Below are positions 23,192-34,794 of a DNA stretch of 64,000 bases, one piece after another (within the stretch, counting starts at the first letter, position 1; every line of letters starts with the position of its first letter). The stretch is from the NCBI GenBank assembly GCA_965644495.1, contig CBFFSA010000014.1, positions 248,001-312,000 on the forward strand, written 5' to 3'. This DNA is from Perkinsela sp. CCAP 1560/9. Lineage: Eukaryota; Protista; Euglenozoa: Kinetoplastea. Position numbers and translations under genes: made by a program. A model generated the notes under the pieces. That model was not told the origin of the DNA. It saw nothing but the letters and a program-made list of their open reading frames with translations, and did not search any database.

Positions 23192-23504
23192 GAAGTAAAG
23201 ATTTACATGTGGCCTGTATTTTTTGTTTTATAAGTTATACATTGGGACTGTATACTGCCCCTCTTATTATCACTTTTTTTAAAGGACATGGAATCCATTA
23301 ACTGAAATCTCCCCAAAATGTTTTCAAGGCTATCTAAAGTACAGGGATCCATGGGGCAGCATGCCCGAACTATTCTACGAATGCTACCACGATTGACTCA
23401 AAAACTACTGCGCGCCTTCACCGAGCTCCTAATTGAAAGCCCTCTTTTATGACGCTTCATCCAATCAGGTCATAAATAAAGAACGTTTTACATGATTTCT
23501 TTGT

Positions 23505-25124
23505 TCAGGGGAGCGTACCATCACAGGTCAGTAGTTCGGCTTCGACAGCGCGAATTCTGGGTAGTAACTCCTCGGCAACCTCTTTCCTGCGACTTGTCAC
23601 ACACTTTGCGCTGTGAATACACACCTCCGAAAGGTTTTGGGCATTCCATGGGGATGTTAATCGTGTCTCCCTCTGTGTACCCTTTGAAGACATGTGGATT
23701 GTGGTACGCCCCTGTACCACATGCGAAAGGAGGTTCTCTACTTCCCCCACACCTGCACGCAGGTCCGTGTCTGAGATCGCCCACGGGACCTGTTCCGCGA
23801 TACGCCAAAACGCAACCACGGCCTCCACCGACACCCCCTTGCTTCGGAGGACACCGCGGAGGAGCTTTGAGACCGCGTGGTCCTCCGGGGGGAGCATCCC
23901 GGGCACCAGCGCCACGGCGGCTACCAAATCACCCATCGTGGCCTCATTCGTGTACGCCCCATCATTCTCACTGCGCACCGCCTGGGTGTACAGCCTACGG
24001 AGTAGGGGCTGGAGCAGGGGCACGATGGCATGGTGCACGGCGGCCTCGGAGAGGTACACGAGCACGGCTGCCGCGTTGTGGAGGTCCAGCCCGGCCTCGG
24101 TGTGCTCCGTGGCACGCACGAGGGCGAGCAGGGGGCCCGGGGCGTAGTGCCGCAGCCGACGCAGGGCGGTGCAATACACCGCGGTGGCCTCCGGACCACA
24201 CGGGACCCCGGGGGTGTAGTCCTCGGGGCGCTCCGAGGCGGTGCTGGTGATTACCCCGGTGAGCGGTCGGGCCCTTGGGGGGTTGTGCCGGGTGGCTTCG
24301 TGTGAGGTGCCGTGGCGCACCCACTTGTCAAGGGTGTGGCCGTGGGTGGCGGAGGTGAAGTAGCGAAGGGTGGCCATCGCACACAGCACGTGGGCCACCT
24401 CCAGGGAGCTCATGTGGGGGAGAAGGTCGTGGGTGCGTTGCTCCAGTACACGTAGGACAGGGTGGAGGTCCGGGGAGAGGGGAAGGCGGGAGAGACACTG
24501 ACAGAGGGCCGCGTGTTGGGGTGGGGGAAGGTGGACCGCAAGGGCACGGCGTGCGATAGGGAGCAGCAGCTCCTCACTATGACTCTTCATGTAAGCTAGG
24601 ACGTCGATAAAGCCGCAGAGTTCGTGCACTGTGGCCTGGTCCAGTTTCTTTAGTATTTCTCCCGAAATTGCCTCAACCAGAGGTAAATGGAGTTTATTGA
24701 GGGTTGCCAAAGCGCTGAGGGTGCGGTCCATGTCCGAGCTGGTGAGCAATGAAGTTCGATGGGACAACTCCTTAATCACCTCATCCAAAATTCTTGTCGG
24801 AAAAAACCCAAAGTACGCAAAGTTTTGAAGCAACGAGACCAGTTCCGGTATATCTGCCAAATCGTAATGAATCTTTTTGCCACTGAAGTATTTGTATTCT
24901 CCTTGAAGTAACTGTTGTTCCAGACGGTCTTCGCAGGACATGTGCCGAAGTCGTACTTTCGTCATACGACGTGCAATCTCGTCAGCAGAATAATATACGT
25001 GGGTGTTATCCGTCGGATCTTTCGGCAACATGGCCTCTACACTGCGAACTGCAATATACCCTCTTTCGTATGGCGTTTTCTTTCCTCCCTGCGGCAAATA
25101 ACACAGAATCTTACTGTTTCTCAT
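23505..25124 (-). CDS. Helical-repeat (FASTK/RAP-like) protein, probably mitochondrial RNA-associated
   Basis: Repeats such as L..ALATL, L..VLCAMATLRY; basic N-terminus; 539 aa. Confidence 0.6.
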   Translation of the reverse strand: MRNSKILCYLPQGGKKTPYERGYIAVRSVEAMLPKDPTDNTHVYYSADEIARRMTKVRLRHMSCEDRLEQQLLQGEYKYFSGKKIHYDLADIPELVSLLQNFAYFGFFPTRILDEVIKELSHRTSLLTSSDMDRTLSALATLNKLHLPLVEAISGEILKKLDQATVHELCGFIDVLAYMKSHSEELLLPIARRALAVHLPPPQHAALCQCLSRLPLSPDLHPVLRVLEQRTHDLLPHMSSLEVAHVLCAMATLRYFTSATHGHTLDKWVRHGTSHEATRHNPPRARPLTGVITSTASERPEDYTPGVPCGPEATAVYCTALRRLRHYAPGPLLALVRATEHTEAGLDLHNAAAVLVYLSEAAVHHAIVPLLQPLLRRLYTQAVRSENDGAYTNEATMGDLVAAVALVPGMLPPEDHAVSKLLRGVLRSKGVSVEAVVAFWRIAEQVPWAISDTDLRAGVGEVENLLSHVVQGRTTIHMSSKGTQRETRLTSPWNAQNLSEVCIHSAKCVTSRRKEVAEELLPRIRAVEAELLTCDGTLP

Positions 25125-25367
25125 AAGGGAAGCAATTCAGTCCAATATTTTCCGTGGACGTCGCAATTGGATACCATCTGTGTCATATACCTCACATATT
25201 CGAATTTTTATGTACAAATTTAAATTTCTCTACTACCATACGACCAAAAAAGGTATCACATAGCTAGTGTGAAGCATTGACACAAAAAAACGATTGTTTT
25301 GGTAGTCTAGCAAAAATGTCAAGTTCAATTCCAGCCGTTCATACTGCTATACCAGCTTGGAAATGCT

Positions 25368-25991
25368 TTACGGTACTTCAGATAATTTCGTGTAAGAGTT
25401 GTACTTGCGCCAGGAAAAAGACGAGTCGTTCAGTTTCAAAGACTTCGGCAATGTACTTCTCGAAACAGTGCCAGACAAGTGTGCATTAGACGACAAATCC
25501 AAATTTTCCAGTCCCTCAGGAAGCAGGGAGAGATCTATCTTTCCACCAAAATTGTTATCATTTAGGTAGAGCTTTTTTAACGTTGCTGGTAAAGTTCGAA
25601 GATTAATCTTTCCCGAAAACCCGTTTCGGGCAAGATTTAACTCCTGAAGTCTTCTAGGCAAGTCGCTCAAGTCAACCTTTCCCGATAAAGAATTCACATT
25701 CAACAGTACGTGAGTTACGAAGCGTGGGAGATGTGCCCATTCCAAAGTTCCAAATAGCTCTTTTGCTGTCCAGTTTATTTTAATAATGTTATCTGTATTG
25801 TCACAGATAACTCCGCGCCATTTACAGCATGGAATACGTAGGCTCCAAGAATGGTGAGGATTCGTGATCCCCGAAACGAACCTTGTGAGGTCGTACTCTG
25901 GGGGTATGAGAGACCGGTGAACTTTGCCGGGCAAACGGGGTGCATCGGCAGTCTTCCCGAGCATCATGAATGTCAACTGTACCATTTGCAT
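25368..25991 (-). CDS. Short LRR family protein
   Basis: PGKVHRSLIPPEYDLTRF leader, CKWRGVIC cap, LRRs. Confidence 0.9.
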   Translation of the reverse strand: MQMVQLTFMMLGKTADAPRLPGKVHRSLIPPEYDLTRFVSGITNPHHSWSLRIPCCKWRGVICDNTDNIIKINWTAKELFGTLEWAHLPRFVTHVLLNVNSLSGKVDLSDLPRRLQELNLARNGFSGKINLRTLPATLKKLYLNDNNFGGKIDLSLLPEGLENLDLSSNAHLSGTVSRSTLPKSLKLNDSSFSWRKYNSYTKLSEVP

Positions 25992-26593
25992 GGCCAATCA
26001 GTAGCAAAAAATCAACTTGCTATTCGACAAAGGGCTATTGACTATTGGACAGTGGTTTACTAAGTGCTCAAATAGAAGTAAACTTTACTTACATTTGATT
26101 GAAGGTACTTATTCAGAGCACTTATGAAAAATCATCTTTGGAATACTACCGAATTTTTGTACGTTCTTTTGTTATTAAATGAATGTTTAGTAGTACCTAG
26201 TAAAGTATATGAAGTCTCTTTATATCGTGTATTAGCGATAACGACTCAGACCCATTCGCTTATGTGCACCCCCACTTATAGTGCCGCGGTTTTCGACCAA
26301 ACGGCACTATAAGTGGGGGGTAGTATGTTTCAGATCGAGGGTGAAAATTTTTCCACTTTCAAAAAAAAAAAGCGCGCCGCGAAGCGGCGCGCTTTTTTTT
26401 ATCGTGCGGTTTTGAGTGCCTAAGCGTTGTAAAAGGACTTTCTACTCCACTGCTGTGTATGGGATACAGTGGTCGTAAAGAATTGTGAAATAAAGATGCC
26501 CTAAAAATAAACAATTGTGAAATATAAAATCGTAAACGAATTTCGAAATGACGAGTTGTATTCCGTATGTTTCCATAACGGAAAACACAAATA

Positions 26594-27009
26594 CTGTGCC
26601 CCCCTAGTTATCTGTCACACGTCACTCCCCCTAGTTATCTGTCACTTTTTGGCACTTCGATTTTTTTTTCGTCGACTACCCCCCCTAGTTATCTGTCACT
26701 TTTTAAAAATGGGTAAAATGGTTTTTTCCGAAAAAAATCATAAAATGAAACTTCCAGTTTTTATTTTTGTGTTTCAAGCGAATGGTCGTCCGTGGTGCTA
26801 TTACACCGTTTCAAGTTTCTAGTTAGTATTACATCGTGGTGCTATAAACCGTTTCTGTAATTCCATGTTCTGACTTTTTTTGGGACAGACACCCTCCCTA
26901 GTTATCTGTCGCACACTGATCCGCCTAGTAATCTGTCACACCCCTACCCCCCCTACTTATCTGTCACCTTTTCGCGAAAAGTAGTGACAGATAAGTAGGG
27001 GGGGTACAG
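26594..27009. mobile_element. Nested TA-flanked MITE with iterated CCCCTAGTTATCTGTCAC motifs
   Basis: TA-CTGTGCCCCCCTAGTTATCTGTCAC ... GTGACAGATAAGTAGGGGGGGTACAG-TA. Confidence 0.85.
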
Positions 27010-27183
27010 TACCTTCGTCACTGCATGCTTACCATTAATTTCTTGGAGGAATTTAAGGTGCACCTTCCATAAAATTGCCTTTGAAAAGCAATTTTCGTTC
27101 TTTGTTAAACCTTCTCTGGCGCTTTCTTCCTTTGAGACCGCGATTGATGCGTGATTGATAAATCGACTCCTAAAACGTATTTT

Positions 27184-27280
27184 AGTGGCTTCGTTAAACG
27201 CGGAGGTAGTTTTCAACGCTAAGCGCGCAGCATGAGTGACTTCTAAGTTGAAAACAACCACCAAGTTTAACGAAGTCACT
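27184..27280. mobile_element. ~97-bp MITE of the GGCTCTTCGTTAAAC family
   Basis: Inverted ends (AGTGGCTTCGTTAAAC / GTTTAACGAAGTCACT); homologous to 33535-33624. Confidence 0.75.
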
Positions 27281-27629
27281 CAATATTAGAAATTTCCACC
27301 ATGTTTACTGTACTTTTTGGTCAAAAAAAGTAGTCATTTTTTTTCGGACATTTTTTTTTCAAAACGGCACTATAAGTAGGGGGGTACCCCGCGGCACTAT
27401 AAGTGGGGGGGAACAGTAATAAATCAAGCAACAGATAGAAACACTCTATTATGAGGTAAAAAAAGCTTCACTTTCGAAGAGAGGAAACTCAACTCAAACC
27501 ATGTTTAAAAAGATTGCGTGCTGAGAGGTAGCACTGCTCAGTGCGGAACTGAAAAAAGTCAAGAGGAATTCGTAAAAGACGTTAAGAGGATAGTTGGCCC
27601 CATATTCTGTTGTCTATTCCACACTTGGT

Positions 27630-28259
27630 CTAAAGGACTGTAATTGCGGTCCTAGTCAAATTAATGTAATTACTGTTCCACGGAATAAACTCACCGACGG
27701 ACTGAATGATATTCTGTAACTGCGCTGGTAGTTCGCCTTTTGTCACAGTGCCCGATAGCAGAGTGTTGTGAGCCAAGCTGAGACACTTCAATCCCACAGG
27801 AAGCATAGAAAAATCTGCAGGCCCGCTAAAAAAGTTCTTACCCAATAGAAGTTCTTTTAAATCTGTCGGTAGACGTTGGAGATCAATTGACCCCGATAAC
27901 CCGTTTTTTTCAAGATTGAGTATTTGGAGTCCGTACGGCAAGCGAGATAGGTCAATTTCCCCCGTAAGGTGGTTTGACTGCAACATTACGACTGTCAAGG
28001 AGTCAGGAAGGTGGAGCCAGTCTGGGGCCCCGGAGAGCTCCCGCCCTGCCCACCATAGTTCTTTGATCGTTGCTCCTTTACAAATCACCCCAGCCCACTT
28101 GCTGAACTTGAAATCGGAACCACAATGAGTTCCCCACGAGCAATCCTGGTTGGTAATCCCTGCAACAAACCTAATAAGGTCGCCTTGTGGGGGAAGTAAC
28201 GAGCGGTGCACTTTTCCTGGACGGCGACGTTCTTCAGCACAGTTTCCCAATGGACACAT
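27630..28259 (-). CDS. Short LRR family protein
   Basis: RPGKVHRSLLPPQGDLIRF leader, KWAGVIC cap, LRRs. Confidence 0.9.
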   Translation of the reverse strand: MCPLGNCAEERRRPGKVHRSLLPPQGDLIRFVAGITNQDCSWGTHCGSDFKFSKWAGVICKGATIKELWWAGRELSGAPDWLHLPDSLTVVMLQSNHLTGEIDLSRLPYGLQILNLEKNGLSGSIDLQRLPTDLKELLLGKNFFSGPADFSMLPVGLKCLSLAHNTLLSGTVTKGELPAQLQNIIQSVGEFIPWNSNYINLTRTAITVL

Positions 28260-28513
28260 GATTAGCTGTCGTCAAAAAATACGAAAAAAATCAAGATAAT
28301 GACTAGAAGGGAAAGGGGTTATCAGAAAAGGAAATCAAGAAACGTGTTGATTTGTTTGTTGTGTTCTTGGGCATTATACCACATCTACCTAGCACTTCTA
28401 CACTACTTCTACGTACTTCTACACTACCACTTCTACTTGTGTCCGAAAAACAATTTAGTGTCCAATTTAGTAAAACAGTCTAGTATGGGGCACAATTGTG
28501 ATTCAACGGAGGT

Positions 28514-29782
28514 CTATTCAGAATCGCGCCTTCTCTTGGACACCTTGGTTGAGCTCGTACAAAATTCAGGTATCTCCCCAGAGGCAAAAAGTCGTCGCGG
28601 TGGAGTTGTGAGCGATAACTTTTGAGGGGGTGGGGTGAAGGGAATGACATTGGGATCTCGGTCCCCTAGAGGTGTTGAGCTGTTTGGGTTTCGTTTAGCA
28701 ACACCAAAGAAGTGCAGCACGTCCGTCGGGGGTAATGGCATTGGCAACCGTCGGGGTAGAAAAGGCTCCGAAAAAACAGAGTGCGAAAGACACTGTCCCG
28801 CCGTGGGACGTTGAAATGGATCTAGGGATAATAATTCTTGTATAAAACGAAAGGTGTCCGGTCGAATGAAAGAGGAAATTTTATTATTCGGCGTAGAAGA
28901 AGCTTCAATCTTTGAGTCTCTCACACATAGTAGTTTCTCAAGTCCGTACCCAATTCCTTCCGATTCTCTGAATCTTATATCCCGACGAGGATACTGTAGA
29001 CTTTTGGTAAATAGTGAAGGCCAAGTTTTGTTTGTAGGGTTTCCAAGAAGATTAAAAATCGACCTCAAACTGTGGAGTGACGAATCATGCGCAAAAAGAG
29101 GGTCTCCTTGGCGTAGAATTTCAACTAGCAAACATCCTATACCCCATATGTCAGCTGCATGGGGTACAACACACGCGTCAAAACCAAGAAATGATTCCGG
29201 AGGTTGATATCCACATGTTCCAATATCTCCATGCCTACACTTGCATTCCGATTGTGTTGATTCACTTTCAGGTTTGTAAACATTCTCCCATGAATGTGTC
29301 AGTTTTTGCGCTGTTCCAAAATCGCTAAGTTTTGCTATGCACCCTCGATTAGGGTCCGGTGAAAGTAACACATTTGAGGGTTTCACATCTCGATGAACAA
29401 TTGAATGTTTATGTAAGTGATGGACAGCTTCTAGTACGTCGTGGATATACGCCAATGCGTCCTTTTCCGTTAGCGCTGAAACCCCATAGGGGCTATCCAT
29501 CCGTCGCACACAGTGTAAGTACTGTTTCAAATGGGTTGGGATGTATTCCAACACTAAGTAGACAGCAGTTTCAGTAATAATGGCATCTTTAACGCCGACC
29601 ACATTGGGGTGCGATTTCAAGGACTGTAACAACTTTGCTTCGCTCTTTGCCCTTTCATACGCTGATTTTGGACAGCAGTACGTTTTTTTAATCGCAACGT
29701 ATTCATGGGGGCTTCGATACAATTGAACCACCCCGTGGCCTCCGCGACCAAGTATAATGTTACAATTTTCATATGCATCCAT
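28514..29782 (-). CDS. CDK/CMGC-like Ser/Thr protein kinase
   Basis: LGRGGHG, VAIKK, HRDVKPSN, DFG, DIWGIGC, DP..RPTA. Confidence 0.92.
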   Translation of the reverse strand: MDAYENCNIILGRGGHGVVQLYRSPHEYVAIKKTYCCPKSAYERAKSEAKLLQSLKSHPNVVGVKDAIITETAVYLVLEYIPTHLKQYLHCVRRMDSPYGVSALTEKDALAYIHDVLEAVHHLHKHSIVHRDVKPSNVLLSPDPNRGCIAKLSDFGTAQKLTHSWENVYKPESESTQSECKCRHGDIGTCGYQPPESFLGFDACVVPHAADIWGIGCLLVEILRQGDPLFAHDSSLHSLRSIFNLLGNPTNKTWPSLFTKSLQYPRRDIRFRESEGIGYGLEKLLCVRDSKIEASSTPNNKISSFIRPDTFRFIQELLSLDPFQRPTAGQCLSHSVFSEPFLPRRLPMPLPPTDVLHFFGVAKRNPNSSTPLGDRDPNVIPFTPPPQKLSLTTPPRRLFASGEIPEFCTSSTKVSKRRRDSE

Positions 29783-30307
29783 CGCTCGCAACAAAATTGA
29801 GACTCTAGCAGGTCGAGTACAGGGATCAGTGACGTATCCTGCAGTCTTTATAAAGTTTCATAAGGTTCATCCCCAGTTAATACGTATAATATAGTGTAAA
29901 TAGTATTATGATGAGTAAACTTCTCTAACAATACACGAAGATACCATTACGGAAAAGGAAAACGTTAAAATTGTAAGCAAGACAAGAACATAAAGATAAA
30001 AAACTCTAGTGCTGCGAGAAGTCTTAATGAGATGAAACCTCCGTTTCGATCTTTTAAGTCATTGTTTCAAAAAGAACGAAGCAGGAGGGACAGCTACATG
30101 CTGTATTGGGCTTTACCTAAGTACTAGACCTGTCTAACGTTGGCTAATCCCTTTTTTGACCCAGTATTTCAGATACAACTTGTACATGTCACGTTCAGTA
30201 CTTTCTTTAGGTAAACGGACGAGATCTGTGAGCTCTTCTCTGGGAACTCGAAGGTAAATAATGCACTACCTCACAAGAGAATATCCCGTACAGAAAAGTC
30301 TGAAAAT

Positions 30308-30919
30308 TCAAACAAGTGATTTGAAAAGAAAACTTAAATGTGGTGCTGAAAAATAGCGCGTCTGCTCCTGTGACTTCTGCGCTTGAGGATTAATACATAC
30401 CAATTTCTTTACGTAGGGTTCTAGATAATCCAAAACAGAGAGATCCGAGTCAATGTAAAGCGAAGGAGTAAGGTGACGCATCATCGCCTGTTTTCCCACA
30501 TCGGTTTTATAACACAATATATTTTTTCTGGGTGTAGCTCCTTTAAGCGTGGTCATCCACTTGTCCTCAACATTTCCACGTTCTTCTTCCGAGGAGACAC
30601 GTACTAAAAGTATGCAATTGCAGTGTGAAGATAGATACTGTAGAGCTTTCTGAGAAGCTTCATCCGGGATATTGTTGTCAAAGATTAAGCAACTCACTGC
30701 GACAGTTTCTCCGAAATAATCTTTTGGATCCCACACGCTTTTTGATTTAGTGTTCAAACGTGTCCGAGAAATTTTCTTGGGGAAGCCTGGCACTCGGAAT
30801 CCATTTGCATTACACGCATATTTGCAGAGGTACGAACAAGTGACGGCGACACACAGGGCAAAAAACATCCCTGTGTGTGTGAATAAATTTGCGATCACAT
30901 TAAAAAAAGACGTGTACAT
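30308..30919 (-). CDS. PEX22-like peroxin (N-terminal TM anchor)
   Basis: TM segment, then ILCYKTDVGKQAMMRHLTPSLYIDSD, resembling the plant PEX22 motif LFCST..GR..FVRQLEP.WHID. Confidence 0.65.
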   Translation of the reverse strand: MYTSFFNVIANLFTHTGMFFALCVAVTCSYLCKYACNANGFRVPGFPKKISRTRLNTKSKSVWDPKDYFGETVAVSCLIFDNNIPDEASQKALQYLSSHCNCILLVRVSSEEERGNVEDKWMTTLKGATPRKNILCYKTDVGKQAMMRHLTPSLYIDSDLSVLDYLEPYVKKLVCINPQAQKSQEQTRYFSAPHLSFLFKSLV

Positions 30920-31231
30920 GGCAAATTTACAAATACAAAGTATAAAGGATTTAATAATGTCTGAACCAGAAAGCTAAAGTGTGAAAGCCAGAACGATAAT
31001 AGTAGGGGGTCTTCCAAGGAAAATAACATTTGTTAAAAAGCCCGTCACACGCACGTTCTCCCCTTTTATGATCTTTCAAAAACGAGACATAAGATTAGAT
31101 ACAAATTTCGAACAAAATAAAAGACAGATCCTGTTGTGCTGCAGTTCGTTACGAATCGTAGCACACGCTACCCCTACACGCTACCCCTTTCGAGGAGAAC
31201 AACGGGGTCGCTAAAAAACCGAAACCCCTCC

Positions 31232-32206
31232 TCACAACCCTTTATTAAAATACAACTTATCCACAGGCGTCCCATCCCGCATCCGTGCCCCATGAAACCG
31301 CGACTCCAACACCCCCGGCACCACGCTCGCCCGTTGCGGAAACAACCCCAACGCACACGGAACCCCGACCAAAATCCCCACCGTCATCAACCCCAGCTCC
31401 GTCACCGCACGGTTCCTTTTCACCACCCCCACCCTTGCCAACGGCACCATCGCCAGCAACGGCAGCGTCATAATCGGCACATTCCACGCCAGCCGCGTCA
31501 CACAGCACTGGGCGATCCCCTGTCGTCCCGCCACCCTACTCCTCCCGTGCTCCCCCCCCTCGCTGTCCACCACCCCCACGCCCTCATCCCACCACTCCAG
31601 CCGTCGCATCAGCGCGACGTTCGCCATCCCGGCCAGAGAGACGGCCAGCATGGGGAGCGTGGCACGGACGGCGGTGGCGCGTAGGGACCCGCGGGGGAGT
31701 TGGTTCATCGCAGCTGTCGTGGCATAGGCAATGGAGAGCGAGAGGGCGCAGGCCGCGACGTAGGTCTGGGCCACGGTGGCTAGGGGGACGGGGCTGGAGG
31801 CGTTACGGTGGGCCAGGTTCAGGGCGGCGTTGTAGGTTTGGTTGATCCAGTGGACAAGGAGGGAGCGGGGGGCGGAGGTGACGGTGGCGGGGTGGAGCAT
31901 GATGGCACAGCCCAGGATGTTGAGAGGGATGAAACCGCTGAAACGGAGGAGGGGGGGGATGAGGTCTCCGGTGTCGGGGTGGGTGCAGAGACGGAGGGTG
32001 CGTTGGGCGTCCCAGAGGGAGGGGGGGGAGGGGTGGGTGTGGGGGAGGTCGTGGACGACGTGGCGGGCGGTGTCGACGTCGGAGGGGGTGAGGAGCAGGG
32101 CTCGGGGGTCGAGCATGTCGGAGAAGTAGTGGACGCGACCGAGGTAGGTGTCCATGGGGTACGGGGGGTCGCCGGTACCGGAAGGGGAGGGGTAGGCGCT
32201 AGGCAT
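31232..32206 (-). CDS. Sideroflexin (mitochondrial carrier)
   Basis: TYLGRVHYF..MLDPR, HPDTG, RFSGF, WINQTYNA..N..HRNA. Confidence 0.95.
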   Translation of the reverse strand: MPSAYPSPSGTGDPPYPMDTYLGRVHYFSDMLDPRALLLTPSDVDTARHVVHDLPHTHPSPPSLWDAQRTLRLCTHPDTGDLIPPLLRFSGFIPLNILGCAIMLHPATVTSAPRSLLVHWINQTYNAALNLAHRNASSPVPLATVAQTYVAACALSLSIAYATTAAMNQLPRGSLRATAVRATLPMLAVSLAGMANVALMRRLEWWDEGVGVVDSEGGEHGRSRVAGRQGIAQCCVTRLAWNVPIMTLPLLAMVPLARVGVVKRNRAVTELGLMTVGILVGVPCALGLFPQRASVVPGVLESRFHGARMRDGTPVDKLYFNKGL

Positions 32207-32499
32207 GGGGTGAACGAGGGGGAAACTACAGGAGTGTCTTTGTGGTACGATTACGAGTTATACCAAAAATAGAGCTAGACATTAAGAAAAAGATACACAA
32301 GGAGCTGAAAAGCTGAAGAGACAATAAAGATGGATGAAAGTTTTTTTCGAATGAGAATAGCGCAGTTCAAGTGCCCATTGAGCAAGCGGGTAAAACAGTA
32401 TCTTAAGTAGGACGTTCAAACCGACAACTCGGTTGTGCTACTAGGATACTTACGTTTTCGATTGTTTAACGTTTATCGTCGTAGAAACAGGATTGTGTG

Positions 32500-32877
32500 T
32501 TAGTCTTTGCCAAGAATACGATTTACTTTTTCTAAAATGGGATCTGTAGAAAGTTTATAGCCCATGTCTTTCGATGGTATTTCCAGTACAGAAGGAAGAA
32601 GTTGGTCTGCGTATCTGTTCATTACCTCTCGGATAGATTCTGCGATATGTTGGTTCAAAAAAAGGACACCAATATCCTTGCGGCGCATCAGTCGTTCGAA
32701 GGCGTCGATGATATTTTCCAAAGGCGTAGTCGGCTTGATTACCATGATATTACTATGCTCAGAGTTCGTCTCAACTCCATGTTCTGCAATACCAATAAGC
32801 AAGAAACTTGAAACAGTGTCTTCGTCTCCAATTAGCCCAATTAGATTCCTCTGCCCTTTGCCGCGAAAAGCAGACAT
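32500..32877 (-). CDS. VMA7: V-type H+-ATPase subunit F
   Basis: IGDEDTV..FLL.G, R.DIG.L..NQHIA..IR, LEIPSKD. Confidence 0.95.
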   Translation of the reverse strand: MSAFRGKGQRNLIGLIGDEDTVSSFLLIGIAEHGVETNSEHSNIMVIKPTTPLENIIDAFERLMRRKDIGVLFLNQHIAESIREVMNRYADQLLPSVLEIPSKDMGYKLSTDPILEKVNRILGKD

Positions 32878-33534
32878 AGAAAAGTATCAAATAGGTTAGC
32901 ACGATTCCATTCAAATACCAGATTTTGCTATACACAATTATTAGACTATAGGCGCGCTATAGGAGTACTTTGAGAATGGATTGACTTGAGAGAGATAATT
33001 GCGGTGGTTGTATAACTACCGCTCTACCCTCGATTATTGCAAAAAGTGAATAAAAACAGTGAAAATATAAATATAACAGTAATATAATAGAAGAAAAAAA
33101 TATAAAAAGGGGCTCCGGTGGTCCAAAATTGAAAAAAAAATTAAAAAAAATGGGAGGTCCATGGGGGGGAGGTGTCCAGAGGGGGTCCAGGGGGGGGCAC
33201 ACCCCACGATTTTTTTTTGAAAAAAATATTTTTCGAAACAAACCAGAAGGGGTAGCCGAGGTCTTGGTGCGCATTTTCCACCCCCCCCTACCCCGGGGTG
33301 ATCCCTCTGCGTATCCGCAGGACGGTTCCGACAAGTTCGGAGTTTTTTTAAATATTCAAATTGGCGAAAAAAATCGTAATATTTTTGTTCTCCAAAATCG
33401 TGTCCCCTATTGTATTTAGAGAGTTTGAGACTTATACTAGCTTTCTGCGCCGTCGCTTTCGCAAGATACACTTGCGACCACTTCTTTCGTACCACTTCTT
33501 GAAGCCGAATCTTGGCCGAATTTTCTTTTTTATA

Positions 33535-33624
33535 CTCTTCGTTAAATGCGGTGGTAGTTTTCAACGCGAAGCGCGCACGAGTGACTTCTAAGTTGAAAAC
33601 AACCACCGTGTTTAACGAAGAGCC
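33535..33624. mobile_element. ~90-bp MITE of the GGCTCTTCGTTAAAC family
   Basis: Inverted ends, internal CGCGAAGCGCG. Confidence 0.75.
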
Positions 33625-33669
33625 TAATATTTTTTTATAGAGAGAGAGATAACATTTGTTAGAGAGTAA

Positions 33670-34794
33670 TTAGGAATTATGCGTCGTTGTATGGTCTGTC
33701 TGTAAAGCATTAAAAAGCACCCCCATCGCTTCTATATGCTCATTTTTATGTGATGCCAACTTGATGGTCGCAGCGATGTTTTCTCTTGTAAGCCTATCTA
33801 ATAAGACAACTGCATGCTCCTGAAGAACTATTCCTAGTGATGTGCTCATCCGAAGCTGTTTTCGGTTGTTTTCTAGGCTTGTACACTGGGTAGTAACAAG
33901 CGGAATGTTCGTGCTATAGGGGAAACTCACGGAAGAAAGGAGGGTAGGGATCAAACTCAAGTCCCATCGATTGAGAGTTTCATACGGATTGTAGGCGAGA
34001 CTCATCAAGGTGCTTAATATCGCAGAAACACCGGTCATGCTTTGGACAAAAGCACATGCGCACATAGTCCCACGATGTTCTCTTTCAGTTAGATAACTAA
34101 AAGACGTTTGTGAATTGAAGTTCTCCATTGTTTCTTTGTCACGTGTTTGAGTTTCACTATTTCTTTGCGCGTAAATTATTTCCTTAATTACTTTGGCTAG
34201 ACTTTTACAACTTGGGTCGAAACTCATGCGCAACATCTTATGCGTAGGTTCCACCCAAAGAGCAAACGTCTTCCACGTAGGATGATTATGAAGCACTAAT
34301 GAGAAAGGAGCGACGGAGCACTTTGATGACTCACTTGTGGTATTCTTAAGAAAGTGACACACCGCGTTGCATAGTTTACAAAACTGATCCATCCACTGAT
34401 GCCGCTGAACCATTCTCGGCTGTATAACACCGGGTCGTGTCATTCCCTCTCCCTGAGTAAGACTGAATACCTTATCCGGTGAAACATGTTGCTGTGTAGG
34501 AGTGGAAAAATAATCGTCAAAAAGGGTAATCCCACCTACAGCGTACAATGGGTATTGATTTAGCAAAACTCGAACTGCTTTATCTGTGGTTACCGTGCTG
34601 TCGTAGGTCAACCAAAGAGAGGATAAAAGAGGCATTTTTGAAAAGAATTCTTTATGCTCAGAATTTTCCTCTGACTTGGAATCCACGATTGCCTTCTCAT
34701 GTGGCTGATACAGGGAACTTATGTTGTGTGTAACAATGTTGGGATCAAAAGGATCTGGCGAAGGCAGATACTCAGAAGACGAAGTGAGAACCAT
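33670..34794 (-). CDS. Hypothetical protein (374 aa)
   Basis: Long ATG ORF on the coding strand; no family recognised. Confidence 0.65.
   Translation of the reverse strand: MVLTSSSEYLPSPDPFDPNIVTHNISSLYQPHEKAIVDSKSEENSEHKEFFSKMPLLSSLWLTYDSTVTTDKAVRVLLNQYPLYAVGGITLFDDYFSTPTQQHVSPDKVFSLTQGEGMTRPGVIQPRMVQRHQWMDQFCKLCNAVCHFLKNTTSESSKCSVAPFSLVLHNHPTWKTFALWVEPTHKMLRMSFDPSCKSLAKVIKEIIYAQRNSETQTRDKETMENFNSQTSFSYLTEREHRGTMCACAFVQSMTGVSAILSTLMSLAYNPYETLNRWDLSLIPTLLSSVSFPYSTNIPLVTTQCTSLENNRKQLRMSTSLGIVLQEHAVVLLDRLTRENIAATIKLASHKNEHIEAMGVLFNALQTDHTTTHNS

Larger units (their letters stand above)
26263..27416. mobile_element. Outer TIR element hosting two nested MITEs
   Basis: CCCCCACTTATAGTGCCGCGG ... 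CCGCGGCACTATAAGTGGGGGGGAACAG-TA. Confidence 0.75.

Noticed and set aside
26594-27009. CRISPR-like repeat/spacer appearance (also 11341-11735 and 55888-56202)
   Set aside because: Irregular spacing, inverted terminal copies and no cas genes; these are subterminal MITE motifs.
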